A stretch of DNA of 64,000 nucleotides from a virus (IMGVR_UViG_3300005573_000058:1-64000), one strand, 5' to 3'; positions 1 to 10,827 are shown, counted from the first letter of the stretch. A program made the numbers and translations. Notes: generated from the sequence alone by a model not told the origin.

Positions 1-653
1 TCTGATGTTAATTTTATGATAGAGGGTGAAGAATTTTGAATTTCAATGTAGTTTATAATATTATTAAATACATTATTACCATTAAATATTACATTAATGC
101 CATCAGGTATAATTATATCACAGTCATTTATTATGCCAAGATCTGTATATACATCACAGTGTTCATTTTGTTCTACAACATAGCTTAATTGTATATTCGT
201 ACATGATGTAGTATCTAATTCAACATGATTACCTGGAATAATAGCAATGCCACTAATAGATTTTAAATCAATAAATGTTGTGTCAACAAAATTAATTACA
301 TGAACATTAGATACATAATTAGAATATAACAGATTAGATTTTAAACTATTTTCAAGTAAAATACTTTTATGTATAATATTATTTAAATCATTACTAATTT
401 TATTATACTTTTGCTGAGCAAATGTAAAAAGATTATTTGTGAATGATAATAAATATGTTAAATTATCATATATATATTTCATTATGTAGTTATATTCTTC
501 TGACAAAAACATCTTTATATCTAAAATTGAAATAATATCAGATGATCTAAATGTTCCAGTATAATTTAACTCTTCCGTTCTTTTAAAATAATCTATAAGT
601 TTTTGTAATTGATCTGTATTTAAAGATGGAAAATCTAATGTATATATTTTCAT
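1..653 (-). CDS. Partial ORF running off the window, probable baseplate/tail structural protein (MKIYTLDFPSLNTDQLQK...)
   Basis: Manually read open frame starting at ATG 653, overlapping the upstream stop as ATGA; contains ISGI like its neighbours. Confidence 0.7.
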   Translation of the reverse strand, partial: MKIYTLDFPSLNTDQLQKLIDYFKRTEELNYTGTFRSSDIISILDIKMFLSEEYNYIMKYIYDNLTYLLSFTNNLFTFAQQKYNKISNDLNNIIHKSILLENSLKSNLLYSNYVSNVHVINFVDTTFIDLKSISGIAIIPGNHVELDTTSCTNIQLSYVVEQNEHCDVYTDLGIINDCDIIIPDGINVIFNGNNVFNNIINYIEIQNSSPSIIKLTS

Positions 654-2326
654 ATATTACTCTCCAAATCAAATTCATTCACAATTCCACTAATTCCGCT
701 TATATATACATAATTTCGTTGATGTGCTTTTTCTTCCCAAGCATGATAATCTGTATATATACCAGATATATTCAATGGTATAACACCTTCACCATATCTT
801 CTTGTATCATTTATTTCATATAAATATGTATCAAAATTTTTTATCATCATTGTTGCTAACTTAAATATACCTGATGCATTAGAATTGTCTATATCACTTA
901 TATATAATCCTGAAACAATGTCATATAATACATATTTAGCTGTACCATGTAAGGAAGAATTGTAAACAGGATTAACATTTATATTTTTAAACTCAATAAA
1001 ACTATTAAATGTTGTATATGTTGTTCTTATGTCATATGTAAATAAATAAGGAATTGAATATATTAAATAATTGTTAAAAGGATAATTATTGTCTTTTTTT
1101 ATTAAACTATTATCAATGATATAATCTTGGTAATATACGTCTATGCCATTTGAGTTCATAATATTTGCAGGAGATAAAGATGGTCCTTTAACATCATAAA
1201 TACCTTTATCAAATACATTGTAGTTTCTATCGGATGTTATAATATACTTTGTTACAATAGCATCTTTTGTAATAATAGATGACTCTCTTTGTATCTTCTT
1301 ATGTCCATAATCAGGTATTTTTAAATTATAATAGTATATATATAAAGGATATTCATCATTATAATCTGTCAAATCTATAGTATAAGTATTACTTGTACCT
1401 GATATAGGAATATTTATGATGCCTTTCGATATTGTTATATAATGTTGTTTAAAAATAGAATCCTGTTGTACTTTAACTATTATTTCAGGTGATTTATAAT
1501 AAACACTAAATGGTTCTTCATCTTCTATAAAATAACTTAAGTCTTTATGAAAGTAATATTTTTTACCAAAGAAATTAGTTATATAAACAGGATAGAAATA
1601 TAAAAGTTCTTTATAGTTATAAATCTTATCTTCTTTATTATAATAAACAATATATAATATATCATTTCCATATTTATTGTAAAAAACTTCTGTAAAATAT
1701 ACAGCAATATAACTTTTATTAACACTATCTTTTCTTACAATTTCTATTTTACAATTATTCATTTCATTTATCAAAATACTTTTGTTATTTTTATCAACAA
1801 TGTCAATAACATTAGAACTAGTTGATTTATTACATATATACATGTATGGATAAACTACCATTTTATTATCTTTTAGTTCATATTTGTCCGTAAAAATAGT
1901 ATATGGGGCAAGATTAATATAGTAGTAATAAAACTTAGGCGTATTCCCATTATTTAAAGGTACAATATTAACTGTTACATCTTGTTTACTTGGTATAGGC
2001 ATAAAAGTACAATATTCATTATTATTTGTTTTCATTATATCTACATATGTTTTGTCACTATTACCAGAAAGATAAATCTTATATGGAACATTAGAATTAG
2101 TCTTATATAGTATAAATGTATTATGGTTGCCATTTAAACTGCTCATTGATGGTAATGAAATTGTACCACCGTAACTAGTTCCATTTTGGTACAATATATT
2201 ATCTGATTTAAATTCATTTATTGTATTGTAATTATATGTAATATTATATAAATCACTCCTTAATGTTGTTACATATGCTATATTTGTTCCAGCAGTTGTT
2301 TGTGAGAAATTAAATTTTAATGACAT
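650..2326 (-). CDS. Putative baseplate/tail-associated structural protein, 558 aa
   Basis: ORF track; Y/N/I-rich, beta-like composition; lies downstream of the baseplate genes. Confidence 0.5.
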   Translation of the reverse strand: MSLKFNFSQTTAGTNIAYVTTLRSDLYNITYNYNTINEFKSDNILYQNGTSYGGTISLPSMSSLNGNHNTFILYKTNSNVPYKIYLSGNSDKTYVDIMKTNNNEYCTFMPIPSKQDVTVNIVPLNNGNTPKFYYYYINLAPYTIFTDKYELKDNKMVVYPYMYICNKSTSSNVIDIVDKNNKSILINEMNNCKIEIVRKDSVNKSYIAVYFTEVFYNKYGNDILYIVYYNKEDKIYNYKELLYFYPVYITNFFGKKYYFHKDLSYFIEDEEPFSVYYKSPEIIVKVQQDSIFKQHYITISKGIINIPISGTSNTYTIDLTDYNDEYPLYIYYYNLKIPDYGHKKIQRESSIITKDAIVTKYIITSDRNYNVFDKGIYDVKGPSLSPANIMNSNGIDVYYQDYIIDNSLIKKDNNYPFNNYLIYSIPYLFTYDIRTTYTTFNSFIEFKNINVNPVYNSSLHGTAKYVLYDIVSGLYISDIDNSNASGIFKLATMMIKNFDTYLYEINDTRRYGEGVIPLNISGIYTDYHAWEEKAHQRNYVYISGISGIVNEFDLESNI

Positions 2327-3246
2327 TATGATCCTTCCTTACTCACGTATATTGTTTTTGTACATATATAATTTAACTTTGTCATAGTTAATGTAACCTT
2401 ATCTGGAATACTATTTATAGTTAATTTACATATATATGAATTATCTAACATAGTTTTAGTTCCTGTTGGAGTAGAAGATATGTAATCATTTAAATTCTCA
2501 ATATAAGAACCATCTTTATTCTGCCCCAAAAGATACAATATTGTAGTATTACCTGATATTACAGCATCAACAACGTGCAGTTTATACCCTTCAATGTATC
2601 CTTCAGTTGTAGTATCATCTACTATTGATAAAAAAGATGTTGTATAGTATAGTGGACTTGTAGTCTGTGAAAATGTATAATATAAATAAGGTTGTTTTAT
2701 ACCATTATAATATACAAAAATAGGATCTTCACTTGATACAGGTATTCCTGATGTATATATACTTATGTTGATACCACTTATTGTAATTTCATTTATTGTA
2801 TATGAATACTCGTTACTTTTTAATTCAAAAGTATATGGTTCTATAATATCATCTACAGTAATTGTATATTTTATACCTGATAAATTATATTGATTTTTAT
2901 ATGTTGAATATATAGGAACAGCTGGTATATCATTAGGAGAAGCATAATATCTTGTTTTATGTATAACTATAGGTGAAAACAAATCTATTCCACTGATAAA
3001 AAATGTACCAGAAGGTTCTGTCATTTCTATAACTTGTAAATTATCATATAAATAGTAGATAATATTATCTAATATAAAAAATCCAGGTTGTATATTTAAA
3101 ATAAATTCATTATCTTTTGTAATATATAAAGAATTAAGATATAAATCATTTTCACCTAAAATACCATTTTTTGTAACTAATCTAGGTATTGTAAATTTAT
3201 CTATAGGTTCTAATTCCTTATCTTTATCTTCTTCTAAAATTTTCAT
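2326..3246 (-). CDS. Putative tail/baseplate structural protein, 306 aa
   Basis: ORF track; gene context; 6 SG motifs. Confidence 0.5.
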   Translation of the reverse strand: MKILEEDKDKELEPIDKFTIPRLVTKNGILGENDLYLNSLYITKDNEFILNIQPGFFILDNIIYYLYDNLQVIEMTEPSGTFFISGIDLFSPIVIHKTRYYASPNDIPAVPIYSTYKNQYNLSGIKYTITVDDIIEPYTFELKSNEYSYTINEITISGINISIYTSGIPVSSEDPIFVYYNGIKQPYLYYTFSQTTSPLYYTTSFLSIVDDTTTEGYIEGYKLHVVDAVISGNTTILYLLGQNKDGSYIENLNDYISSTPTGTKTMLDNSYICKLTINSIPDKVTLTMTKLNYICTKTIYVSKEGS

Positions 3247-3845
3247 ATGTACTGTTCCTGTTCATCTAAAGTTGCATAATAAGTAAATATACCAGATATT
3301 TTATCTGTATCAACATTCCATATGTTTATAGCATATTCTTTACCTGTTCTAAACAATGATAACTTAAATGCTGTTGTATAACTACGTATATTACGTGTTA
3401 AATATAATGTATCATTAATTCCTGATATTTCAACTGTAAATGGATTATAACCACTAGGAGGTATATATGGCGCATTTATATCAACAACTAATGCACTTTT
3501 TGTTTTTCTTAGTTCAAATCCTCGAACTAAATTAGATTCAACTACTTCATATATACCACTTAATTGAGATGCATATACATATGAAGAATAACCTATTATA
3601 CCACTACATTCAAGTTGTGTAGCATATACCATTTCATGTGGTGGAACAAGATACGAACATCTTAACTGGGTTGCCTTAACATAATATGGTAAAGTTGAAT
3701 ATGTACATCTCAATTGTTTTGCTTTTACAATACTTGGTGCATTTATTGTTATAGTTAGTCCATTTCCTGTAGCATAATATACACCAACAGGAACTGTATA
3801 TATTCCACTTAATTGTGCTGCTACAACATAATAATCAGGAGACAT
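3243..3845 (-). CDS. Putative structural protein with five V-x-A-x-Q-L repeats, 200 aa
   Basis: Repeats VVAAQLSGIY, VKAKQLRCTY, VKATQLRCSY, VYATQLECSG, VYASQLSGIY. Confidence 0.5.
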   Translation of the reverse strand: MSPDYYVVAAQLSGIYTVPVGVYYATGNGLTITINAPSIVKAKQLRCTYSTLPYYVKATQLRCSYLVPPHEMVYATQLECSGIIGYSSYVYASQLSGIYEVVESNLVRGFELRKTKSALVVDINAPYIPPSGYNPFTVEISGINDTLYLTRNIRSYTTAFKLSLFRTGKEYAINIWNVDTDKISGIFTYYATLDEQEQYI

Positions 3846-3851
3846 ATTATT

Positions 3852-4592
3852 TTACAATAAATAATTACCAACAACTCTTATATAAGAAGTTTCAGGGCCG
3901 AAATTAGCATTCTCAGTTGCATTTAGTCTAACATCAACATATATTCCTGAAGAAGGATGTAAAATACCACTGATTGTCATAGCATAATCATGCCATGTTT
4001 CTTCATCATGTAATTTAAATGAATAATATATAAGACTATTATCTATGTTATAATTGTTCTTATCTCTTACTTCATATATCTTAACATTGTTAATATAATT
4101 TGTACTAGCATTATATATCTGTATAGTAGTTGTAACACCTGATGCTAACGGCACAGTTCCAAAATCAATTGATGATATCTGTGTGCCTTCTGTATTTCTT
4201 ATTTGTAAATGAGACTGAGGAGCAGCTGGAACTGACAGTACATTAATTGTAGCAGCAAAACCGTGAACCAAAATATATCTAAATGAATTAACCGAAGGAA
4301 ATGTAAAAATTGTTTCTGTGCTTGAACCACTCCTTTCATAAGTGTAAATCCACGTATTATCATCAGAAGATACATAAACTTCTGCATTTTCAAGATCATT
4401 ACCCTTTAAAATAACTTTATTTCCATATATATGTTGTCCTAAATCATAAAGTTCTGGCATTGCACCACCTTGATATCCAGTACTATCATCTTGATCTAAC
4501 GCTCTTTGATGACCTGTTATAGTTACTCCTGGCAAATAGTAATTAAATACTAAATTTGCCATATCTATTCCTGATACTTGTATATATGCCAT
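3852..4592 (-). CDS. Putative virion protein with discoidin/F5-8-like and Ig-like domains, 246 aa
   Basis: RALDQDDST..YDLG..VYVSSDDNTW..FRYILV resembles F5/8 type C; C-terminal IDFGTV..IQIYN looks Ig-like; GGAGG RBS. Confidence 0.5.
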   Translation of the reverse strand: MAYIQVSGIDMANLVFNYYLPGVTITGHQRALDQDDSTGYQGGAMPELYDLGQHIYGNKVILKGNDLENAEVYVSSDDNTWIYTYERSGSSTETIFTFPSVNSFRYILVHGFAATINVLSVPAAPQSHLQIRNTEGTQISSIDFGTVPLASGVTTTIQIYNASTNYINNVKIYEVRDKNNYNIDNSLIYYSFKLHDEETWHDYAMTISGILHPSSGIYVDVRLNATENANFGPETSYIRVVGNYLL

Positions 4593-4609
4593 ATATTACC
4601 TCCTTTGTA

Positions 4610-5002
4610 TCATATTATATCTGCCCTATTAACAAGAGCTGAAACTTTTATAACTATATTAAAATTATTTATTTCACCTGTACATATTTGTAATGGTACA
4701 TTACATTTTATATAAAAAGGTACAATAGAACCTGATGGTATGTTACCTATATCTATATAATATTGTTGCCAATTGTTACCATCTTTAGAAAAATAAATAT
4801 AATTTTTAATGCTATTATTAGGTTCATTAACAACATAAACTCTTGCATTTGTTATATTATTTGAATATGTTATTATAAAGCCACTTGTTATTAGATCACT
4901 ATTATATATACCTGACAAAGTAAAAGTACCACTTATACTTATATAGTTACTTACATTATCATTTTCTACAGATGTTGTATATGCTGTTAATTGATCACTC
5001 AT
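4610..5002 (-). CDS. Hypothetical structural protein, 130 aa
   Basis: ORF track; resembles the C-terminal domain of its neighbour (IYFSKDGNNW..IGNIPSG..FYIK). Confidence 0.5.
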   Translation of the reverse strand: MSDQLTAYTTSVENDNVSNYISISGTFTLSGIYNSDLITSGFIITYSNNITNARVYVVNEPNNSIKNYIYFSKDGNNWQQYYIDIGNIPSGSIVPFYIKCNVPLQICTGEINNFNIVIKVSALVNRADII

Positions 5003-5012
5003 TTATTCTCCT

Positions 5013-5411
5013 TTATATCGCTAAAGAATTTTTCAAAATTATACTTTTAGCAACAAATTCAACATTACCAGTTTTATTAAAAGTATATATTCCACTAGAA
5101 GAATTATAACTTGATAAAAGTTTATAAACACCAGATGCATCATAATAACAAACATCATCGTTCTCACATTCAATATCAGAATAATAACATTCAATCTCTT
5201 CTGGAATAATGCCCGACACCTTATTTCCTTTTACATAAATATATTTTATAGCAACAGGATGCGTAAATCGAATACAAATAATACTACACCACATTCCTGT
5301 ACTATCATTATAATCTAATATTCTATAATCTCCTGTTGCTTTATATCGATCATAATAATTTATATCTAGATTTATAATATCATTTTTAATATCTATAAAG
5401 CAATTAGCCAT
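5013..5411 (-). CDS. Hypothetical structural protein (discoidin-like), 132 aa
   Basis: ORF track; RILDYNDSTG parallels RALDQDDSTG in 3852..4592. Confidence 0.45.
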   Translation of the reverse strand: MANCFIDIKNDIINLDINYYDRYKATGDYRILDYNDSTGMWCSIICIRFTHPVAIKYIYVKGNKVSGIIPEEIECYYSDIECENDDVCYYDASGVYKLLSSYNSSSGIYTFNKTGNVEFVAKSIILKNSLAI

Positions 5412-6276
5412 TTAGATCATCCTCTACTGTTAAAATTGATTCTATTTTAACCTCATCATCTATAAAAGTACTGTCATTCCATATAACTTCATTATAATAA
5501 AACTGACATATATTATGTTGTTGCTGTATAATCTGATCTAATAGTTCATTATTATGATACAACAAATAATCATAAAAGTTATCATCATTCAAACTATACA
5601 GTCCAAAAGTTGTTGGTTCTTGTGGAGTATATGCTTTTAATCTTATAGTATCTGTAGGATCATATTCATCTGTTACATCTTCATAATACATAAATATTTT
5701 ATCACCATTTTCTATTCGTTCTATATAATATGTTATTTTTAGATTTGCATTATGTGGTAGTTCTGTAACTATTTCTAACAACTTTGAATATGAACCATCT
5801 ATATTCCTCCATAGTATCCATCCACTTGTTGCTATTACATTACCATACTGATCATAATAATAATCTGATATAGATGGATCAACTATCCAATGATCAGGTA
5901 CATATTGAGACAATTCAAGTCTAGGTAACACTTCTATATAGTTTTTATTATCTGTTGTATAATAAACATGTATATCAGCTAATGTATTATTTTCATCTTT
6001 AAAAAAGGACGGCACATAATTTAGTACAAAAAAGTTCTTTTTTAATATACTATAATGTTCTTTTTCTAGTTGTGTGCAAATGGTATTAATTAGACCTTGT
6101 TTAGTTCTATTACATCCATATTTACCAACAGACCATTCATATGGAAATAAACGTAATCTTTTATAATATTCATATATAGATTCGTTGTTTTTTCTATCAA
6201 TACCCAAAAACAGACCTATTTTATCAACATATGTAAATACCTGATCATATATAAATCCACTAATTTCTATAGACAT
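5404..6276 (-). CDS. Putative baseplate wedge protein, 290 aa
   Basis: N-terminal DKIGLFLGIDRKNNES..YYKRL resembles the 'LD.G..GI.R..E.D..YR.R' baseplate motif. Confidence 0.55.
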   Translation of the reverse strand: MSIEISGFIYDQVFTYVDKIGLFLGIDRKNNESIYEYYKRLRLFPYEWSVGKYGCNRTKQGLINTICTQLEKEHYSILKKNFFVLNYVPSFFKDENNTLADIHVYYTTDNKNYIEVLPRLELSQYVPDHWIVDPSISDYYYDQYGNVIATSGWILWRNIDGSYSKLLEIVTELPHNANLKITYYIERIENGDKIFMYYEDVTDEYDPTDTIRLKAYTPQEPTTFGLYSLNDDNFYDYLLYHNNELLDQIIQQQHNICQFYYNEVIWNDSTFIDDEVKIESILTVEDDLNG

Positions 6277-6277
6277 A

Positions 6278-8497
6278 CTAATCCTCTATAACTATTTTAT
6301 CATATTGCTCTCTAAAAATCAATTTATTATAAGTTTTATCTATCATATAATAATCAAATTTAAGTGGTATAGTATATACTGTAGTGATTGATTCATTGTT
6401 AAACATAAGAAGCAATTTGTTGTCTTGCATTATACACATATCAACAAAAACATTTCTATCTTCATTAAATAACTTTTCGCCAAAACTACTTGGAAGAGAC
6501 ATAACTTGAATATAATTTTCATCTAAATCATAGTAAATTTTATTAGTTTCAAAAAATTTATTCACAATTGTTAAGTATAACGAATAAGAATATAACTCTC
6601 CTCTTCGTATTCGCTTCACATATAATAGTATGATGAAGTCATAATATATGTATAATGATATAAATTTTATATTTGGATTACTTTTTTCTAGTGAATTTAA
6701 TACTAATGGTTTTTGATAACCATACTTTTTCATGTCAAATGTTTTAACAGTTGGATCAACATTTAAATATACCTTCGACATCTCATTATTATCTGTTCTT
6801 ATAATCAGAGTATCATCTGTCGTGTTTAAGCTTATTATACCATTATAATATCTATCATAATCAATACCACCTATAGTATAAGATGTTTTTAATTGTATGT
6901 TTTTATATTTTTTATTATAATCATTTATTATACCGCCTTTAATAGGATATAAATAATCATACTCATCGTTTATATCAAGTAACTGTACTACAGGCAAAGC
7001 TAATATTTCATATTCTTTTGTGTTAATATTATAAGATATCTTAAAATCATCTTTTGCATATACATAACCAGTTATAGAATATGAAGACATTACATTTCTT
7101 TCAAAAGTGTAATATATTTTAGGTGAAAAAACTACTTTATTAAATTTATAAAATTCAGGTATACCTGATATAGATATAATATAGCCAAAATAGCCATTTT
7201 CTGTATCTTTAACTATATCTATAGTTATATAATTTTCAATATTGCTTATAGCAGGTGTGATAGGTGTTGAATCTTTATATAAAACAACGCCAGAAATACT
7301 AAGTTCAGTATCAAGAAGAACACCTGGGGTAAAATTAATTTCTCTTGTTATTATTCCACTAGTAACATAGTTATCATAAACCTCTGTAAATGTGTTATAT
7401 GTAAAACCGCTTATTTCAACAATTGTATCTGGTCTTACCATATCTCTATCCAAAACTAAATATATGATTCCATCTTCTATACTATTAGCATAATCCCAAA
7501 ATAAATATGTGCTTTGTTGTCTTTCTGTTGTTAAAGGAAAGAACCCACTGTTACAAGCATATATTTCATGTAATTTACCTTTATAACATATATCCACACT
7601 ATCATCAAAAACTTTCGTTTTGTAATAAGCTTCATAAGAACCATGCCATCCAGCATCAGGTTGCTCCCCAGGTAAACCACTTATATAATAAATACTATTA
7701 TATGATGGTCTTACACCTGATAATAGAACATATACACCACTTATTGAATATTCATCTGGTGACACAACAATATAATTATTACCATTCAAATCTGGAAATG
7801 TAACATCTCTCAATTCAATAAATTCTGATGGTTCAGCTGTTAACTTTAAATATAATCCACTTGCATCAGGAATACCACTAAGAGGTTCTTGTGCTTCATC
7901 TTTTATATAAAGTTCATTTATAATAGTTTCACTCTCTTTTTCAAAACTATAGTCACTTAATATTCCTGTTTCATAATTTGGTACAACTTTATATTCTCTA
8001 TAATATATACCACTAATCAGGCAAGCAAGATATGGGGTATAAGCATTAAAATTCTTAATGAAATATGCCATTCCTCTACATTTTACATTTGATAGTTCTA
8101 AATCACCTGTTATATCCTTTATATTTTCAATATCTAAATCTGTAAATAATTTAGATAGAAATAGATCTTCTGACTCACAATAATAGAGATTTACTGTCGA
8201 ACCATTTCTATATGCTGTTATCTTAGATGTTATATCATCTTTTATTTTCTGTTCTAATACAATACTATAATAATGATCTGGTTCATTTAAATCTGCTCTT
8301 GTCATAAGAACTTTATTTGATATATCATATAAATAATCTCTGATAATTTCATCGTAATAATTAATAGATATATCAAGAAATGCATGCATTGGATCAGTTT
8401 CTGATCTGGTAAATGACATCCATTTAGGAAAATAATTATTTATTACATGTTTAGGATAATGATATGGTCTTGTTTTATATGGTAAATATTTTAACAT
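6278..8497 (-). CDS. Putative baseplate wedge/fibre-attachment protein, 739 aa
   Basis: Follows baseplate J; N-terminal NYFPKW motif; 11 SG-hydrophobic motifs. Confidence 0.5.
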   Translation of the reverse strand: MLKYLPYKTRPYHYPKHVINNYFPKWMSFTRSETDPMHAFLDISINYYDEIIRDYLYDISNKVLMTRADLNEPDHYYSIVLEQKIKDDITSKITAYRNGSTVNLYYCESEDLFLSKLFTDLDIENIKDITGDLELSNVKCRGMAYFIKNFNAYTPYLACLISGIYYREYKVVPNYETGILSDYSFEKESETIINELYIKDEAQEPLSGIPDASGLYLKLTAEPSEFIELRDVTFPDLNGNNYIVVSPDEYSISGVYVLLSGVRPSYNSIYYISGLPGEQPDAGWHGSYEAYYKTKVFDDSVDICYKGKLHEIYACNSGFFPLTTERQQSTYLFWDYANSIEDGIIYLVLDRDMVRPDTIVEISGFTYNTFTEVYDNYVTSGIITREINFTPGVLLDTELSISGVVLYKDSTPITPAISNIENYITIDIVKDTENGYFGYIISISGIPEFYKFNKVVFSPKIYYTFERNVMSSYSITGYVYAKDDFKISYNINTKEYEILALPVVQLLDINDEYDYLYPIKGGIINDYNKKYKNIQLKTSYTIGGIDYDRYYNGIISLNTTDDTLIIRTDNNEMSKVYLNVDPTVKTFDMKKYGYQKPLVLNSLEKSNPNIKFISLYIYYDFIILLYVKRIRRGELYSYSLYLTIVNKFFETNKIYYDLDENYIQVMSLPSSFGEKLFNEDRNVFVDMCIMQDNKLLLMFNNESITTVYTIPLKFDYYMIDKTYNKLIFREQYDKIVIED

Positions 8498-9726
8498 ATA
8501 GTTATAAAGTTATAAGTTGTATAAAACTTTTCGTTCCAATCACATGATAAATCAGTGAGTGGTTTATCTTCAATGAATAAATCCTCTCCGTTAAATCTAT
8601 TATAAACACCGCTTTTTAAATATGAAATATAACCATCTTTAATAGATTTTAAATTAAATACCATTTTCTTAATTGTTCCAATTTCTAATGTTCCACCAAC
8701 AGGTATATTATTTATATAATCAATTATAGTTTGCATTAAAGATCGTTTATCATTTTCAATTTGATCAGATGTATAATTTTTAGTATCATATACTAAATCT
8801 AATCTAAGACGTATTGATCTATATAATGGAGGTATAACAATTACTTTTTCACCAGCTGCACAAACCTGATTACATACAGCTTCTACTGCTTTTATTACGC
8901 CATCTGATACTACAGGTGCTGTGCCTAATACAATAACACCTGTTATTCCTATACCTCCGTAATTTCTCCTTATTATAACATCGGATACTCCTTCTACAGA
9001 TAAAGCAGCCAATTTTATATCCATTGCTCTTAAAGATCTAAGTTCATTCATCCTGTTTTTAATTCTATATTTAAACTGCTCATCATTCTCCATATTACGT
9101 CCATTAGATATAGGCTGAGTATTTTCAACTAATATAAAATCTGATATATTTTGTAGTTCAGGTTGATTTGTCTTAATGTTATGACGCACTAATTGACCTT
9201 TACCTATATTATATCCTTCTCCTGTAACAGCTGCAACAACATTGACGTATTGTGTACTATTCGCATCTGATAATGTAACATTTTCTAATGTTTCATAAGT
9301 TACATTCATTGAACTATCATATAATCTTGTACCTTTTAATATAGTTATAGTTTTATTATCTCTATCTATTGTATCAGCTACTATACCTGAAGGTATCATA
9401 TCAATTAAATCTGATATAGTATAACCAAATATAGGGTCAATATAGAATCTTACATTAGCTTTTGTAGTATCATGAGCATAAGTCTCTGGATATCTTGTTA
9501 CAGAAAAAATAGTTGCTAAACTATCCAAGCTACTACCAACAGCTGTATCTAAGAACTTATCTAACAATATGTTATCTATATATCTTATAGTATCAGTATA
9601 ATATTTAGCAACTACTTCTGCCATAGTTCTTACAAAAGAACCTGGTGTAGATATAGCTGTTAATCCTGTTCTATTTAATATTCTATCTGTTATTTCAGCC
9701 AGAATAGAATTAAAATTTGGTGTCAT
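8491..9726 (-). CDS. Baseplate J / gp6-like wedge protein, 411 aa
   Basis: PGSFVRT, FLDTAVGSSLDSLA, GEGYNI, NGRNMENDEQFKYRI and ALSVEGVSDV are typical Baseplate_J motifs. Confidence 0.88.
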   Translation of the reverse strand: MTPNFNSILAEITDRILNRTGLTAISTPGSFVRTMAEVVAKYYTDTIRYIDNILLDKFLDTAVGSSLDSLATIFSVTRYPETYAHDTTKANVRFYIDPIFGYTISDLIDMIPSGIVADTIDRDNKTITILKGTRLYDSSMNVTYETLENVTLSDANSTQYVNVVAAVTGEGYNIGKGQLVRHNIKTNQPELQNISDFILVENTQPISNGRNMENDEQFKYRIKNRMNELRSLRAMDIKLAALSVEGVSDVIIRRNYGGIGITGVIVLGTAPVVSDGVIKAVEAVCNQVCAAGEKVIVIPPLYRSIRLRLDLVYDTKNYTSDQIENDKRSLMQTIIDYINNIPVGGTLEIGTIKKMVFNLKSIKDGYISYLKSGVYNRFNGEDLFIEDKPLTDLSCDWNEKFYTTYNFITIC

Positions 9727-9728
9727 AA

Positions 9729-10199
9729 TTATCTCCTTCTATATTTATATATATTTTTACCGCTCATAAAATCTTCGTTTTTTTCTAATGTATAACCTTC
9801 TTCGATAATTCTTTGTAATGTACAACTAGTAGTTGTTATTGTATACTTATATTTTAAAACACTTTCATAATCAACACCATTAGATACAAAGAATGAGAAT
9901 AAAACAGTTGTAAGATCAAGAGGAGCAGCTTTAACTAGAATGTTTAGACCAGGTATAAGAGCATTTAATTTCCATTCTAATATCTTTCTTACTTTTGATA
10001 TTTCTTCTCTTGTATTTTTTATACCAATATAATTATATATACCTATACCAAAAGATGGATGAGAAACAAGTTCACCTGGATTTGTATATAAACATGAATG
10101 AATAAGTTGTGAAACAAATTCTTTAAATGTGACAGTTCTTCTAAAGTCACCTTCTGTGTTTATATATGTATAGCCGTTTTCATCTAAAATTATATCCAT
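9729..10199 (-). CDS. gp25-like baseplate wedge / sheath initiator
   Basis: LYTNPGELVSHPSFGIGI matches the GPW_gp25 motif. Confidence 0.8.
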   Translation of the reverse strand: MDIILDENGYTYINTEGDFRRTVTFKEFVSQLIHSCLYTNPGELVSHPSFGIGIYNYIGIKNTREEISKVRKILEWKLNALIPGLNILVKAAPLDLTTVLFSFFVSNGVDYESVLKYKYTITTTSCTLQRIIEEGYTLEKNEDFMSGKNIYKYRRR

Positions 10200-10208
10200 T
10201 TCTCTTAT

Positions 10209-10217
10209 ATTATAGCA
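10209..10217 (-). promoter_or_regulatory. Extended -10 promoter TGCTATAAT, 9 nt before the ATG
   Basis: Exact motif recurring before several genes; no SD. Confidence 0.65.
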
Positions 10218-10218
10218 T

Positions 10219-10815
10219 TTATAGAATACCAGTACATATACTAAATAAGTTTTTTACTAATGAGATTATACCGTTTATATCCAAACTACTAGTATTTGTT
10301 AAAGTTGCAAGAGGAAAATCAGGTATAGGTATACTACTGGTTGGGTTCTTTTCTATAATACCATATGATTCTTTCCATTGATCTCTACTTACAGGACCTG
10401 TAATTGAAACTTTGTCATCTAAAGCAACAGACGATGTTGTATTTTCATTCTGTATTAGTATACCTTGTTTTGTAAGAACTATAGTACCATTTTCTGTTTG
10501 TAAACCTATATCAATATCATCCGATCTATTATCAACCTTAGAATTGGTTATTAATTTTACATTATTCTTAGATGTCTCCTTATATATATCACTACCAATT
10601 GGTAGAGCAATACCTATTGTAGCATCATCTGGAGGAGATGTTATCTCCTCATAAATAATAAGAAATACTACATTTTCACTATCAAAAGTAAAATTGAATA
10701 CACCTGTAGTAATAATTTTAAGATTTATTTCTAAATTTGACTCTTTGGTAATAAATGTAGCTATATTACTCTCTTTATCCCACCATTTCTTAAACTTGCC
10801 AAAATCTATTCTCAT
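10219..10815 (-). CDS. Putative baseplate spike/hub-associated protein, 198 aa
   Basis: Lies between the hub and gp25-like genes; short beta-strand repeats; GGAG RBS. Confidence 0.45.
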   Translation of the reverse strand: MRIDFGKFKKWWDKESNIATFITKESNLEINLKIITTGVFNFTFDSENVVFLIIYEEITSPPDDATIGIALPIGSDIYKETSKNNVKLITNSKVDNRSDDIDIGLQTENGTIVLTKQGILIQNENTTSSVALDDKVSITGPVSRDQWKESYGIIEKNPTSSIPIPDFPLATLTNTSSLDINGIISLVKNLFSICTGIL

Positions 10816-10827
10816 ATATCCTCCTTT

